A stretch of 64,000 nt of DNA from Ilumatobacteraceae bacterium (GTDB lineage Bacteria; Actinomycetota; Acidimicrobiia; Acidimicrobiales; Ilumatobacteraceae). Of this stretch, positions 8,818-21,504 are shown one piece after another (positions within the stretch are counted from its first letter, which is position 1; every line of letters starts with the position of its first letter). The notes under the pieces are model-generated. The model was not told where the DNA came from. It searched no databases and was given only the letters and a program-made list of their open reading frames with translations. A program made the position numbers and the translations under genes. The stretch spans positions 3,924 to 67,923 of the forward strand of contig JAYNVD010000005.1 in the NCBI GenBank assembly GCA_038100275.1. Direction: 5' to 3'.

Positions 8818-9282
8818 ATGAATATGAGCGAGCAACTCTCACGAGATGCCTACGACCGCCTCAAGGCCGAATATGAAGATCTCTCCACCCGCGGACGAAT
8901 CGAAGTCGCGGAAGAGATCGAACTCGCCCGCGCCGAAGGCGATCTGAAAGAAAACGCCGGGTACCACGCAGCCAAAGACAAGCAAGGTCACATGGAAGGG
9001 CGTATTCGGCAGCTTGAACACCTGTTAGAGACCGCTGTCGTCGTCGAGGGAGCCCGTCAGGTCTTCACGATGATCTACGAAGGCGATGACGCCGATATGG
9101 CCGAGCGATTTGTCATCGGTAGCCAAGAAGAACGCGATGGCCTCCCCGCCGAAATCACCATCGTCGGACCCGGATCTCCACTCGGCGACGCTCTCGCAAA
9201 CACCTCTGGCCCAGGCCCGTTGGAATACGAAGGACCAAACGGGATGTTGAAAGTAGAGATTCTCTCCATCGAAGATCTCTAA
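8818..9282 (+). CDS. greA: Transcription elongation factor GreA
   Basis: 154 aa. Coiled-coil N-domain with EGDLKENAGYHAAKDKQ and a C-terminal FKBP-like domain. Confidence 0.9.
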   Translation: MNMSEQLSRDAYDRLKAEYEDLSTRGRIEVAEEIELARAEGDLKENAGYHAAKDKQGHMEGRIRQLEHLLETAVVVEGARQVFTMIYEGDDADMAERFVIGSQEERDGLPAEITIVGPGSPLGDALANTSGPGPLEYEGPNGMLKVEILSIEDL

Positions 9283-9292
9283 TCAAACCCGG

Positions 9293-10186
9293 GTGGCGAC
9301 AGGCGTGACGACAATCGATATCAATAACGAATCAGAGGCTCTCGCCCCGCCGTTGCCCCCAGCAACAACGGTCGAACTAGATGGCCTTGGAGAACTCAGC
9401 GTTCGACATGTCCAAGGTCCTCCAGGGGCCCCGACCATCGCGCTTCTCCATGGCTGGACGGCAAGTGTCGACATCAATTACTTCTCGGCGTACGAGGCGC
9501 TTGGTGAGCAATTCTCGATCATCGCTTTTGACCAGCGCGGACACGGCTCAGGGATCCGCTCGAAGAAGTCTTTTCGGCTCGAGGACTGCGCCGACGACGT
9601 CATTCGGGTGGCCGATGCTCTTGGCGTCGAGCACGTCATCGGCGTCGGATACTCAATGGGCGGCACGATCGCTCAATTGCTGTGGAAGCAACACCCTGAC
9701 CGAGTAGACGGACTTGTCCTCTGCGCAACCGCCCCGTACTTTTCTGAACGCCGCGAGGAACGATTGAGCTTCATGGGGCTCAACGGGCTCGCGACCCTTG
9801 CCCGCCTCACCCCTGGACAGGCCCGTGATTGGTTTAGCGAGCAGTTCTATCTCCAACGAAAGTCGGAGAGCTGGGGACCTTGGGCGATTTCCCAAGCAGC
9901 ACAACACGACTGGAGAATGGTGCTCGAAGCCGGCCACGCCGTCGGGCAATTCTCATCACTCGAATGGGCTCACACGATCGATGTACCAACTTCAGTGGTC
10001 GCCACTCTTGATGATCCGGTAGTCCCTCTGTCACGCCAGGTGAAGTTATTCGACCTCATTCCAGACGCCGACGTCTTCCGGGTGAAAGGCGAGCACGACG
10101 CGATCGTTGCCCAAGCCGATCGATTTGTGCCGACGCTTGTTCGAGCGATCGAAAGTGTTGCTCGCCGGGCACACGCATCATCATGA
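9293..10186 (+). CDS. Alpha/beta-fold hydrolase
   Basis: 297 aa. HGW oxyanion region, AFDQRGHGSG, and the nucleophile elbow GVGYSMGG. GTG start. The stop overlaps the next gene (ATGA). Confidence 0.8.
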   Translation: MATGVTTIDINNESEALAPPLPPATTVELDGLGELSVRHVQGPPGAPTIALLHGWTASVDINYFSAYEALGEQFSIIAFDQRGHGSGIRSKKSFRLEDCADDVIRVADALGVEHVIGVGYSMGGTIAQLLWKQHPDRVDGLVLCATAPYFSERREERLSFMGLNGLATLARLTPGQARDWFSEQFYLQRKSESWGPWAISQAAQHDWRMVLEAGHAVGQFSSLEWAHTIDVPTSVVATLDDPVVPLSRQVKLFDLIPDADVFRVKGEHDAIVAQADRFVPTLVRAIESVARRAHASS

Positions 10187-11583
10187 GCCGACGATCAGGC
10201 CCGTCAAGCACCAACTGGGTTGGCCGGTCAGCTCGCGTCGCCCGCCTTGGCGCAAAAGTTGGAGCAACACACCTGGGCACTGCTGCTCGAAAGGTGTTCG
10301 CCGACGCAGATCGACGTTCGGAGCTCGATACAAGAAGGCAAATTGCAACAGCTCAGCATGTCACCGAAGAACTCGGGCAAATGAAGGGTGCGCTCATGAA
10401 GCTGGGCCAGATGGCGTCGTATCTCGACGATGCTCTGCCAGAGCCACTTCGAGCAGCACTTGCCACGTTGCAGAACAACGCTCCACCGATGAGTGGCGAA
10501 CTTGCGAGTGCCGTCATCAGTGAAGAACTTGGTGCGAACCCCTCAGAGCTATTCGTTGAATGGGACCCCACACCGATCGCTGCGGCTTCAATCGGACAGG
10601 TACACCGAGCAATCATCTTCGATAAAGAAACAGGCCAAGAACGAGCGGTTGCGGTGAAAGTGCAGTACCCGGGGGTCGATACCGCTATCGCAGCAGACCT
10701 AAAGAACGCCAACATCCTCGGAACCATCTTGAAGCAAGGATTCGGGGGCCTCGATCCGACAGACATGGTCGAGGAAATCAAAGAGCGCCTCACCGAAGAG
10801 CTCGACTACACACGTGAGGCACACAATCAACAGCGCTTCGCTAACTTCTACCGGGGTCATCCAACGATCTCGGTACCAGACGTCATTCCGCAGTTCTGCT
10901 CACGTCGCGTGCTGACGACTGAACTCGTCAGCGGTCATACATGGTCAGAAGTGCTCACCTGGGACAAACACGAGCGAGATGCGATCGCCGAGACAATGTT
11001 CCGCTTCGTCTTCCGCAGTCTCTACACGATGCGCTCGTTCAATGGCGATCCACACCCCGGCAACTACCTGTTCCATCGTGATGGCAAAGTCACGTTTCTC
11101 GACTTCGGCCTTGTCAAAGATTTTTCCGTCGATGAAATGACGACCTTTGAAACAATGGTTCGGCTTGCTGCGGTTGACCACGATGTGCCCGGCTTCAGGT
11201 CGGTACTCGAGAACGCCGGCATGCTGAAAGTTGATGCGCCGGTTGAGACGACTGATGTCGGCACGTATTTCTCGCGGTTTTACGAACCGGTCGCAACTCG
11301 ACGAGAGATCACCTGGACCCCGGAATACGCATCCGGAATCGTTCGGCACACCTTCGATCGCAGCAGCCCGATATCGCAATATGCGACGGTTCCGCGAGCG
11401 TTCGTCTTCATCCAACGGATCAACCTTGGGTTGTATGCCCTCCTTGGAGATCTCAACGCCACCGGCAATTACCGTGAGATCGCGGAAGAATTGTGGCCGT
11501 TCATGCGGTCCGCGCCGAGTACGTCAATGGGCCATGCAGAGGCGGACTGGCTAAGAATGCGCACCGCGAACACAAACTCATAG
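10183..11583 (+). CDS. ABC1/UbiB-family atypical protein kinase
   Basis: 466 aa. ASIGQVHRA, VAVKVQYPG and DPHPGNYLF motifs typical of the ABC1/AarF/UbiB family. Confidence 0.85.
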   Translation: MSRRSGPSSTNWVGRSARVARLGAKVGATHLGTAARKVFADADRRSELDTRRQIATAQHVTEELGQMKGALMKLGQMASYLDDALPEPLRAALATLQNNAPPMSGELASAVISEELGANPSELFVEWDPTPIAAASIGQVHRAIIFDKETGQERAVAVKVQYPGVDTAIAADLKNANILGTILKQGFGGLDPTDMVEEIKERLTEELDYTREAHNQQRFANFYRGHPTISVPDVIPQFCSRRVLTTELVSGHTWSEVLTWDKHERDAIAETMFRFVFRSLYTMRSFNGDPHPGNYLFHRDGKVTFLDFGLVKDFSVDEMTTFETMVRLAAVDHDVPGFRSVLENAGMLKVDAPVETTDVGTYFSRFYEPVATRREITWTPEYASGIVRHTFDRSSPISQYATVPRAFVFIQRINLGLYALLGDLNATGNYREIAEELWPFMRSAPSTSMGHAEADWLRMRTANTNS

Positions 11584-11606
11584 CGAACGCCGGTACGGTC
11601 GGCCTC

Positions 11607-12515
11607 ATGGTTGCACCCCTCAGACACACTCTTGTCGCCTTCACCGCGCTATTCGCTTTCACCGCTTGCGGAGGGAACGACTCTGCAGATACGACAGACA
11701 ATGCTGATGTCACGGATGTGTCGCTCGAGCTACTCAGTGAGACATCGACGACGGAAGCGATACAACTCAATCGACCAGAGGTCGAGGCCCCTGACACCAT
11801 TCCAACCGAACTCGTCATCACTGATATCGCAGAGGGAACTGGTCGAGCTGTTGCCGAAGGCGACACCGTCTGGGTCGATTACACCGGCATTCGCTCAGAA
11901 GATGGACTTGAGTTTGACAACAGTTACCAGCGCGGCGAACCCATCGCATTCACCGTCGGCATCGGATCAGTCATTGAAGGTTGGGATACAGGACTTATCG
12001 GGGCAAAGGCCGGCGGTCAGCGACGGCTCGACATTCCAGCCGAGCTCGCCTACGGCGATAACCCTCCAGGAGGAGTAATCGAAGCCGGCGACGCGCTGAC
12101 ATTCATGCTTGAGATTCGAGCAGTCGTCGCAACCTCGACGGCTGATGACATTCCTGATGTCGATACCGCCGACTACCCACCAACTGAGGAACTCGAGCTC
12201 GTCGATATCTCTGAAGGAGAAGGAGCGACAATCGGTGTTGGCGACAGCGCAATCGTGCACCTTCTCATTGGCAATGCCGAATCAGGTGAGATCTTGTTTG
12301 AAACATGGTCTGAGGGGCAACCCACACTCATCGAAGTTGTCGAGGGATACTCAATTCCTGGGCTCTACGAAGGGTTGCAAGGTATGAGCGTTGGCGGTGT
12401 TCGGGCGATGTCAGTACCCGCCGAGCTGGCATTCGGAGATGAAGGCATCCCTGACCTCGATCTTGCCGGAGGAACACCGGTACTTCTCGTCGTCGAACTC
12501 GTCGGCACCTACTAA
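11607..12515 (+). CDS. Lipoprotein FKBP-type peptidyl-prolyl cis-trans isomerase with two tandem FKBP-like domains
   Basis: Start moved from 11493 (which overlaps the previous gene) to ATG 11607, giving [23 protein letters not shown] (lipobox FTAC). First FKBP domain is [29 protein letters not shown]. The second is a more diverged copy. Confidence 0.85.
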   Translation: MVAPLRHTLVAFTALFAFTACGGNDSADTTDNADVTDVSLELLSETSTTEAIQLNRPEVEAPDTIPTELVITDIAEGTGRAVAEGDTVWVDYTGIRSEDGLEFDNSYQRGEPIAFTVGIGSVIEGWDTGLIGAKAGGQRRLDIPAELAYGDNPPGGVIEAGDALTFMLEIRAVVATSTADDIPDVDTADYPPTEELELVDISEGEGATIGVGDSAIVHLLIGNAESGEILFETWSEGQPTLIEVVEGYSIPGLYEGLQGMSVGGVRAMSVPAELAFGDEGIPDLDLAGGTPVLLVVELVGTY

Positions 12516-12531
12516 GTCGGCCACCTTACGG

Positions 12532-12552
12532 CTACCGGCGGGTTCCCGGTAG
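12532..12552 (+). terminator. Stem-loop downstream of the FKBP gene (weak terminator candidate, no U-tract)
   Basis: CTACCGG-cgggttc-CCGGTAG lies 17 nt after the stop codon. Confidence 0.3.
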
Positions 12553-12622
12553 ATTCGACACGTCCACAAGAGCGCGTACGACCGCGTCAGTGATCAGCAA
12601 TACAGAACGGAAACACAGCAAC

Positions 12623-14032
12623 ATGACGACCGAACGACCGATGACCCTGCCGGAAAAGATCTGGCACCGTCACCTCGTCACATCAACCCCGGGTGAGGCC
12701 GACCTCCTCTACATCGATCTCCACCTCATCCACGAGGTCACCAGCCCCCAAGCTTTCGACGGCCTTCGTATGAGCGGCCGCACCGTCCGCCGACCGGAGT
12801 TGACCGTTGCCACTGAGGACCACAACGTCCCGACAGAAAACATCGACCAGCCGATTGCTGATCCAATTTCTGCCAAGCAGGTCGAGACGCTCCGCGTCAA
12901 CACAGATGAATTCGGAATCGTCAACTACCCGATGGGCAACTCTGACCAGGGCATTGTCCATGTCATCAGCCCTGAACAAGGAAGAACTCTTCCGGGCACA
13001 ACAATTGTCTGTGGTGATAGCCACACGGCCACCCACGGTGCATTTGGTGCTCTCGCATTTGGTATCGGGACTAGCGAAGTCGAGCACGTGCTCGCGACGC
13101 AGACATTGCCACAGAGCCGTCCAAAATGGATGTCGGTGAGCGTTGAGGGCGAGCTTCAACCTGGTGTCACCGCCAAAGACGTTGTGCTCGCCATCATTGG
13201 CGCCATTGGCACCGGTGGTGGCATTGGGCATGTCATTGAGTACCGCGGTTCGGCAATCACATCACTGTCGATGGAAGGCCGCATGACGGTCTGCAACATG
13301 TCAATTGAAGCCGGCGCTAAGGCTGGGCTCATCGCCCCTGACGCAACGACGTTCGAATACCTGAAAGGTCGTGATCACGCACCTACAGGCAACGCCTGGG
13401 ACTCAGCAGTTGCTGACTGGTCGACGCTTACTACTGACGAGGGTGCAGCGTGGGATAAAGAAGTCGTTATTGATGCCGCAACGATTCGTCCGCAGGTCAC
13501 CTGGGGAACGAACCCAGCGCAGGTCACCTCAATCGACGGCAATGTTCCCTCACCAGAAGACTTCAGTGATCCCACCACTCAAGAAACCGTTCGTCGTGCT
13601 CTTGAGTACATGGGTCTCGAACCTGGAACCGCCATGCGAGATGTCCCGGTCGACACCGTCTTCATTGGGTCTTGCACGAACAGTCGCATCGAAGACCTTC
13701 GGGCAGCAGCCGCAGTGCTTGAAGGCAGGACAGTGACAGTTCCCCGAGTGATGGTCGTCCCGGGGTCGCATCGAGTTAAGGCACAGGCAGAGGCTGAGGG
13801 TCTCGACAAAGTCTTCACCGCAGCCGGAGCAGATTGGCGCGAGCCGGGCTGCTCGATGTGTCTCGCAATGAACCCTGACAAGCTCGCCCCGGGTGAGCGT
13901 TCAGCGAGCACATCGAACCGAAACTTTGAGGGCCGTCAAGGACGTGGCGGTCGTACACACCTCGTGTCTCCCGCCGTTGCCGCAGCAACCGCTGTTGCTG
14001 GCCAATTCGCTCTTCCGGAGGATCTTTCATGA
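12623..14032 (+). CDS. leuC: 3-isopropylmalate dehydratase large subunit
   Basis: Aconitase-family motifs VCGDSHT, NMSIEAG and [10 protein letters not shown]. The track start is GTG 12590. ATG 12623 ([14 protein letters not shown]) fits the conserved N-terminus better, so the start is uncertain by 11 codons. Confidence 0.92.
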   Translation: MTTERPMTLPEKIWHRHLVTSTPGEADLLYIDLHLIHEVTSPQAFDGLRMSGRTVRRPELTVATEDHNVPTENIDQPIADPISAKQVETLRVNTDEFGIVNYPMGNSDQGIVHVISPEQGRTLPGTTIVCGDSHTATHGAFGALAFGIGTSEVEHVLATQTLPQSRPKWMSVSVEGELQPGVTAKDVVLAIIGAIGTGGGIGHVIEYRGSAITSLSMEGRMTVCNMSIEAGAKAGLIAPDATTFEYLKGRDHAPTGNAWDSAVADWSTLTTDEGAAWDKEVVIDAATIRPQVTWGTNPAQVTSIDGNVPSPEDFSDPTTQETVRRALEYMGLEPGTAMRDVPVDTVFIGSCTNSRIEDLRAAAAVLEGRTVTVPRVMVVPGSHRVKAQAEAEGLDKVFTAAGADWREPGCSMCLAMNPDKLAPGERSASTSNRNFEGRQGRGGRTHLVSPAVAAATAVAGQFALPEDLS

Positions 14033-14616
14033 AAGCCGTACGCGTCATCACAGGTACCGGGGTTCCGCTTCGCCGCAGCGATGTCGATACCGACCAGATC
14101 ATTCCTGCAGAGTGGTTGAAGCGGGTCGAACGGACCGGCTTTGAGAAGGGGCTCTTCTCGACCTGGCGAGATGATCCTTCATTCGTGTTGAATGAAGAGC
14201 GATTCGCTGGTGCGAACATCCTCGTTGCAGGACCATCCTTCGGTGTTGGTTCAAGTCGCGAACATGCAGTTTGGGCAATTCAGCAAGCCGGATTCGAAGC
14301 TGTCATCGCTCCAAGTTTTTCGGACATCTTCCGCAACAACTGCACGAAGAATGGCCTCGTTCCAGCAGTGCTTCCACTCAACGAAGTCGAGGCGATCTGG
14401 GCAGCAATCGATGCAGACCCGTCGACCTCGATCGTCGTCGACATGGAACAGCTCCTCGTCGAGGTACCGGCCGCTGGAATTTCGTCTGAATTCCCAATCG
14501 ATCAGCCGACACAACATCGTTTCCTAGAGGGGCTCGATGACATCGGTATCACGCTTGGACATGCTGACGCGATCGATTCGTATGAGGCGCAGCGCCCAGC
14601 GTGGCTAAAGGCCTAA
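14029..14616 (+). CDS. leuD: 3-isopropylmalate dehydratase small subunit
   Basis: 195 aa. [13 protein letters not shown] motif. ATGA overlap with the leuC stop. Confidence 0.92.
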   Translation: MKAVRVITGTGVPLRRSDVDTDQIIPAEWLKRVERTGFEKGLFSTWRDDPSFVLNEERFAGANILVAGPSFGVGSSREHAVWAIQQAGFEAVIAPSFSDIFRNNCTKNGLVPAVLPLNEVEAIWAAIDADPSTSIVVDMEQLLVEVPAAGISSEFPIDQPTQHRFLEGLDDIGITLGHADAIDSYEAQRPAWLKA

Positions 14617-15497
14617 CAGGTCAACGCCCCGTCGACAGTTATGCCGTCGACGCTGGTCCCTGAAAAGACGAGCCCATTCGGCATCGTCGACACTGCGAGA
14701 GCCTCAACGACAACGGTTTCGCCGGCAATCGTGAACTCCCCTTCCCATTGACTGGTTGGTGAGTCGAACACGAGAACTGCTGACAAGAGGCCACCAACTG
14801 GGTGGTCGGCGTTGTCGACCTGCCACTGCTGCGAAGCGTCGTTGCTTGTGGGGCATCCCTGAGTTGACATTGTCCGAAATCCGAGGCGCCGAACACGTTG
14901 ACCCCCAATTTCATTTGCCTGAAGTAACCGAATGGACAACTCGGTGGTTGCCTCCGTTGGCACTTGATCTGAGACCTCCGCTGAGCCACAGTCGAAGTCT
15001 CCTGAAACAGCTCGACCAGCAGCGTCGCTACCGACAAATGTGCCAGATGCAGAGTCCGCGCCCACGTAGATCGTGACAGCTGCGTCAAGTGGAATGCGGG
15101 TCTGTTGTTCGTACTCGAGTTGACCTTCGATAGCCCCTATCCCATTGGGTGTAGGGGTTATCGAGGACAGGCGAATAAACGACTCCCCTGAAACAACAAT
15201 CTCAAGAGGGAACCAGCCTCCTCCCTCAACTAACGAGCAACTTGCAACCGAAGTGAAGAGTCCGATCGGCTCCTTGTTAGCCACCGTGACATGTTCATCG
15301 ATGTTGAGGTCCTCAACCGTCAGCGACACTGACAACTCGTTAACAAGCCCTGCAGGGGCAGCGGGTTGGGCCACCGGTTCCGATGTCGTAGATGGTGTGG
15401 TGGTAGCCGGTGAATCTTCAACCGCGGCTGGCGTAGGTGTCGCGCATGAAACCGTCAGGCATACCGCAACCATGCCGAAGGTCAGTCGGTGAAGCAC
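14613..15497 (-). CDS. Predicted lipoprotein, function unknown
   Basis: 294 aa. N-terminus MLHRLTFGMVAVCLTVSCATP (lipobox LTVSC), then a P/T/S-rich linker and a beta-rich-looking domain. No family recognised. Confidence 0.6.
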   Translation of the reverse strand: MLHRLTFGMVAVCLTVSCATPTPAAVEDSPATTTPSTTSEPVAQPAAPAGLVNELSVSLTVEDLNIDEHVTVANKEPIGLFTSVASCSLVEGGGWFPLEIVVSGESFIRLSSITPTPNGIGAIEGQLEYEQQTRIPLDAAVTIYVGADSASGTFVGSDAAGRAVSGDFDCGSAEVSDQVPTEATTELSIRLLQANEIGGQRVRRLGFRTMSTQGCPTSNDASQQWQVDNADHPVGGLLSAVLVFDSPTSQWEGEFTIAGETVVVEALAVSTMPNGLVFSGTSVDGITVDGALTC

Positions 15498-15533
15498 ACG
15501 CCCACGTTAGGTGCTGGAATCATCCAGCGGCCG

Positions 15534-16865
15534 TCAGGAGTGATCGGTTGCGTCGGTCGTGACGTCAGCGTTCAACGTGGGTAGATCACGCAACCGAATA
15601 TCATTCGAGAACACCTCGATTGGCTTATTCGTTGGTAGCCGCAACATACGTTGTAACACCCGCATCTGGGTGTGCTGGTTGTATTCAACAAATGTCACGG
15701 CCCACCCGTCACGACCCGCACGAGCGGTTCGCCCGGAGCGATGTAGGTAGTCCTTCGCATCACCAGCCGGGTCATAGTGAATGACCGCCCCAATGTCATC
15801 AATATCAATACCTCGAGCCGCGACATCGGTCGCCACAAGCACGTTCAGGCGGCCTTCTGCAAAACGCTGAAGCGCTCGTTCACGAGCCGCCTGCGAGAGG
15901 TCGCCATGGATCGCCGCAGCGTTCACACCATTGTCAACTAACGCTTGCTCAACCTTGTCGCACAGCCGTTTCGTCTGGCAGAACACGACCACTTTTGAAA
16001 TCGATTCGCTGATCGCCCCTACCACGCGGGCCTTGTCCATGTGATGGACAGCAAGAAAGAGGTGATGCATGGTTCCGACTGTGTCTGTCGCCGAGTCGAT
16101 CGCAACCTCAATCGGATCGTTCAAATAGTGGCGAATCAGGTGACCGACGTCTCCATCGAGAGTTGCTGAGAACAGCATGGTCTGGTTTCGGCCGGTGCAG
16201 TGCCGAAGAATCCACTCGACCTGCGGGGTGAACCCGTCATCGGCCATGCGGTCGGCCTCATCGAGACAGACGATTTGAACATCGCTGAGATCAACCTCGT
16301 CAGATTTGATGAGATCGATAAGCCGCAGAGGTGTCGCTACAACAAGTTCGACACCGCGCTGCAGTTCGCGCACCTGGTGCTCGCGACTCGCTCCGCCGTA
16401 GACAGGAGCAACCGTGATTCCGGCTGTCGCGGCGACAGGTTGGAGAACTTCAGCCACCTGCACCGCAAGTTCGCGTGTAGGTACGAGCACTAAGCCAAGG
16501 GGAGCACTCGGACCGGCTGAACCTTGGATACGAGACAGCATCGGAATCCCGAACGCAAGGGTCTTACCGGAGCCCGTCTTAGCCCGGCCACATACATCGC
16601 GACCCTCCATCGCCACAGGAATGGCCTCGAGTTGGATCGCAAACGGCTGAGCAAAACCCGCAGCAGCAAGGCCATTGTCAATTCGCTCTGGCACTCCTAG
16701 TTTCGCGAAACCTGTCGGAGGGTCAACCGCGGGAAGAGAATTAGCGGTTGTCAAATTGCCGGAGCGCTGCTCTTCAGGTGCTGTTTCGGGGCGACGGCTC
16801 GGACCAGAGCGTCGCCGGTTGCGGTTTCCGCCGCCACGACCGCGACCACTGTGTTGCTCTGACAT
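15534..16865 (-). CDS. DEAD-box ATP-dependent RNA helicase with an RG-rich N-terminal tail
   Basis: 443 aa. Motifs AKTGSGKTLAF, PTRELA, LDEADRM, SAT and HRSGRTARAG. N-terminus GRGRGGGNRNRRRSG. Confidence 0.9.
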   Translation of the reverse strand: MSEQHSGRGRGGGNRNRRRSGPSRRPETAPEEQRSGNLTTANSLPAVDPPTGFAKLGVPERIDNGLAAAGFAQPFAIQLEAIPVAMEGRDVCGRAKTGSGKTLAFGIPMLSRIQGSAGPSAPLGLVLVPTRELAVQVAEVLQPVAATAGITVAPVYGGASREHQVRELQRGVELVVATPLRLIDLIKSDEVDLSDVQIVCLDEADRMADDGFTPQVEWILRHCTGRNQTMLFSATLDGDVGHLIRHYLNDPIEVAIDSATDTVGTMHHLFLAVHHMDKARVVGAISESISKVVVFCQTKRLCDKVEQALVDNGVNAAAIHGDLSQAARERALQRFAEGRLNVLVATDVAARGIDIDDIGAVIHYDPAGDAKDYLHRSGRTARAGRDGWAVTFVEYNQHTQMRVLQRMLRLPTNKPIEVFSNDIRLRDLPTLNADVTTDATDHS

Positions 16866-16870
16866 GATGA

Positions 16871-18781
<1,911 letters not shown>

Positions 18782-18815
18782 TCGACGAAGACTCTCACGA
18801 GTAGCATCGACACGT

Positions 18816-19007
18816 ATGTTTGTCTCGGTTGATCGCGAGGCGTGTGCCGCCACCGGTGGTTGCGCGCAACTTTGTCCCGACGTGTTTTCTATTGGAGCGG
18901 ACGGAATAGTCGTGGTTAAGCAAGAGTCGCCTGATGAATCGCTTCGAACTGCCGTTACAGACGCCGCTGACCTGTGCCCCACTGCAGCGATCTCGGTAGA
19001 AGGCTGA
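18816..19007 (+). CDS. Small single-cluster ferredoxin
   Basis: 63 aa from ATG 18816: MFVSVDREACAATGGCAQLCPDVF..DLCPTAAISVEG. Cys spacing with CP motifs is typical of small actinobacterial Fe-S ferredoxins. The longer track ORF overlaps the leuA 3' end. Confidence 0.75.
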   Translation: MFVSVDREACAATGGCAQLCPDVFSIGADGIVVVKQESPDESLRTAVTDAADLCPTAAISVEG

Positions 19008-19012
19008 GTCGA

Positions 19013-19816
19013 ATGGGATTCTTGCAACGACTTGACCGCGCTTGGGAAGCCAATGGTTCAAATCTGTGTGTCGGCCTTGACCCCGACCCGGCGAAGATGC
19101 CAGAGCAGTTCGCCACAAGCCGGAATGGAATCGCGGAGTTCTGTATTGACATCGTCGATGCGACCGCAGATCTTGTCTGCGCCTTCAAGCCTCAGATCGC
19201 CTACTTCGCCGCACAACGTGCAGAGGACCAACTCGAAACGATCTGTACCTACATTCGTGAGAACCATCCCGATACTGTCCTCATCCTCGACGCCAAGCGC
19301 GGCGACATCGGGTCGACTGCAGCGAATTATGCGGTCGAAGCATTCAATCGATTCGGTGCTGATGCGGTAACCGTTAATCCGTACCTTGGAACCGACTCAG
19401 TCGAGCCGTTCTTCGCAGCCGGCGGCGGCGTCATAGGACTCTGCCGAACCTCAAACCCTGGCGGGGATGATCTTCAGATGCTCGACACCGGTGGGGCGCC
19501 GCTCTTCGTTCGCGTCGCCGAGATGATCTCTCAACGCTGGGCTCAACTCGGTGATTGCGGACTTGTCGTTGGGGCGACCTACCCCAACGAACTTGCGCAG
19601 GTCAGAGCCATTGTTGGAGACCTTCCCATTCTTGTTCCGGGTGTCGGAGCCCAGGGGGGTTCCGCCGACGAAGTGAAGTCAAACGGGTCGCGACCTGACG
19701 GGCATGGGATCATCGTGAATTCTTCACGAGCAGTCCTCTACGCAAGTAACGGTGACGACTTTGCTAGTGCCGCAAGAACTGTCGCCGAAGACACTCGGCG
19801 TAGTTGCTCTCCTTGA
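19013..19816 (+). CDS. pyrF: Orotidine 5'-phosphate decarboxylase (type 2)
   Basis: Start taken at ATG 19013 (MGFLQRLDRAW..LCVGLDPD). The DAKRGDIGSTA active-site block is present. Confidence 0.88.
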   Translation: MGFLQRLDRAWEANGSNLCVGLDPDPAKMPEQFATSRNGIAEFCIDIVDATADLVCAFKPQIAYFAAQRAEDQLETICTYIRENHPDTVLILDAKRGDIGSTAANYAVEAFNRFGADAVTVNPYLGTDSVEPFFAAGGGVIGLCRTSNPGGDDLQMLDTGGAPLFVRVAEMISQRWAQLGDCGLVVGATYPNELAQVRAIVGDLPILVPGVGAQGGSADEVKSNGSRPDGHGIIVNSSRAVLYASNGDDFASAARTVAEDTRRSCSP

Positions 19817-19818
19817 GC

Positions 19819-21390
19819 TCAGCCGTCGAGGGCGACGACGCTCGTAATTCCTGGTGAACGACGAAGCGCGTCAAGCACCTCGTCTGAAACAACCGAGCCC
19901 GTTGCAATCAACATCACGGCGGAGTCTTCCCCAACTACCCGGCCGACATCCATGTCCGCGATGTTCACCCCGGCATCTCCGAGCACTGTACCGACAGTTC
20001 CGATAACGCCAGGACGGTCATCGTTTGAGATCAAAAGCATGTGTTCAGATGGCGGAACATCAACTCCATGGCCGTCGACGTCAACAACTCGTTGCTGTGC
20101 GCTTCGTCCGGTGAGCACTCCAGAAATCGTGTGCGCTCCGCCCGAGACGGTCAACATGTTGAGATATTCATCAGAGACTGAGCGTTTGAGTTCCTCAAGC
20201 TCAACCCCGGCAGATGCCGCCAGCTTTGGAGCATTCACAAAACTGACTTGCTCTTCAGATGTCCTACCGAAGAATCCCTTCAGTACAGCAAGTCCAAGAA
20301 TCCGCGTGTCATGCACCGCGATATCGCCGGCGACTTCAAAACTGATCTTCGTTGGCGGCTCGACGGCGAGCGATGAGAACAGCCGGCCGAGTCGCTCAGC
20401 CAACCCGAGGTACGGACGGAGATTGTCATCTGCCTCAGCAGCATCAACATTCACAGCCCAAGGAACGAATTCTCCGGCGAGCGCAAGCAGCATCATGTCA
20501 GCAATCGCATCGCCAGCTTTGTCCTGCGCTTCTCGAGTGCTCGCTCCAAGATGTGGAGTGACAACCACCTGTGACAGTCCGAAGAGAGGACTCTCCGTGC
20601 ACGGTTCAGAATCGAAGACGTCGAGAGCGGCGCCTGCAATCGTGCCGGAGGCAATACACGCAGCAAGATCTTCCTCAACGACAATTCCACCGCGTGCCAC
20701 ATTGATGACCCGCAACGATGGCTTCGCAGTCGAGAGCAGTTCGGCATTGATAAGACCAATCGTCTCAGGAGTTCGTGGCAGATGAACGGTGAGAAAATCG
20801 CTTACAGCGACGAGGTCATCAAGTGAGAGCAACTCGACACCGATCTGTTTCGCACGTTCGTCGGACACAAATGGGTCGAACGCAACAATTCGCATCTGGA
20901 ATGCCCGAGCCCGGTCGGCGACAAGTTTGCCAATTCGTCCGAGCCCAACAATTCCGAGGGTCTTGTCGGCAAGTTCGACACCTTCCCACTTCGAGCGCTC
21001 CCAGCGGCCATCAACAAGCGCTGAATGAGCCTGTGGAACGTTTCGTGCCTGCGCCAGCAAGAGCGCCATGGTGTGCTCTGCTGCGGAAATGATGTTCGAC
21101 TGGGGAGCATTGATCACCATCACGCCAGATTCAGTGGCCGCAGTCACGTCGACGTTGTCGAGACCAATTCCAGCTCGACCTACCGCAATCAGCGAATCAG
21201 CACTTGCAAGTACCTCAGCAGTTACCTGGGTCGCTGATCGAATAATTAAGGCGTGTGCGCCAACAATGGCCGACTTCAATTCTCCATCTGACAGCCCTTC
21301 TTGGACATCGACGTCGTGACCGGCTGCGCGCAGACGGTCGAGCCCTCCTGGGGCGATTGATTCAGTCACAAGAATGCGTGCCATAGACAC
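19819..21390 (-). CDS. serA: D-3-phosphoglycerate dehydrogenase (long form with ASB and ACT domains)
   Basis: 523 aa. GIVGLGRIGKLVADRA NAD-binding site, catalytic region, and a C-terminal ACT-like domain (LLISNDDRPGVIGTVGTVLG). Confidence 0.92.
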   Translation of the reverse strand: MSMARILVTESIAPGGLDRLRAAGHDVDVQEGLSDGELKSAIVGAHALIIRSATQVTAEVLASADSLIAVGRAGIGLDNVDVTAATESGVMVINAPQSNIISAAEHTMALLLAQARNVPQAHSALVDGRWERSKWEGVELADKTLGIVGLGRIGKLVADRARAFQMRIVAFDPFVSDERAKQIGVELLSLDDLVAVSDFLTVHLPRTPETIGLINAELLSTAKPSLRVINVARGGIVVEEDLAACIASGTIAGAALDVFDSEPCTESPLFGLSQVVVTPHLGASTREAQDKAGDAIADMMLLALAGEFVPWAVNVDAAEADDNLRPYLGLAERLGRLFSSLAVEPPTKISFEVAGDIAVHDTRILGLAVLKGFFGRTSEEQVSFVNAPKLAASAGVELEELKRSVSDEYLNMLTVSGGAHTISGVLTGRSAQQRVVDVDGHGVDVPPSEHMLLISNDDRPGVIGTVGTVLGDAGVNIADMDVGRVVGEDSAVMLIATGSVVSDEVLDALRRSPGITSVVALDG

Positions 21391-21504
21391 GCCATCGTTA
21401 CCCCGCAGAAGCGTCTCCTACAACCGAATCGGGCAGTCTGTACAAAGTGTCACACCACCCCTGCGCATGGCTAACTCTTGCTGCCGAGTGACTACCGTTG
21501 AGAT

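Noticed and set aside
12516-12622. A possible Leu leader or attenuator upstream of leuCD, by analogy with leuA.
   Set aside because: There is no short ORF with consecutive Leu codons and no hairpin followed by a U-tract. The only hairpin (12532..12552) sits directly after the FKBP stop and lacks a U-tract.
19952-20785. A 277-aa plus-strand ORF inside serA. Similar long antisense or off-frame ORFs occur at 5514..6155, 43069..43833, 44513..45295, 49217..49900, 50311..51075, 60037..60792, 12683..13231 and 25840..26328.
   Set aside because: All lie entirely within well-supported conserved genes. They have Ser/Arg/Pro/Thr-rich low-complexity translations typical of shadow ORFs in GC-rich DNA, and no motifs are recognisable.
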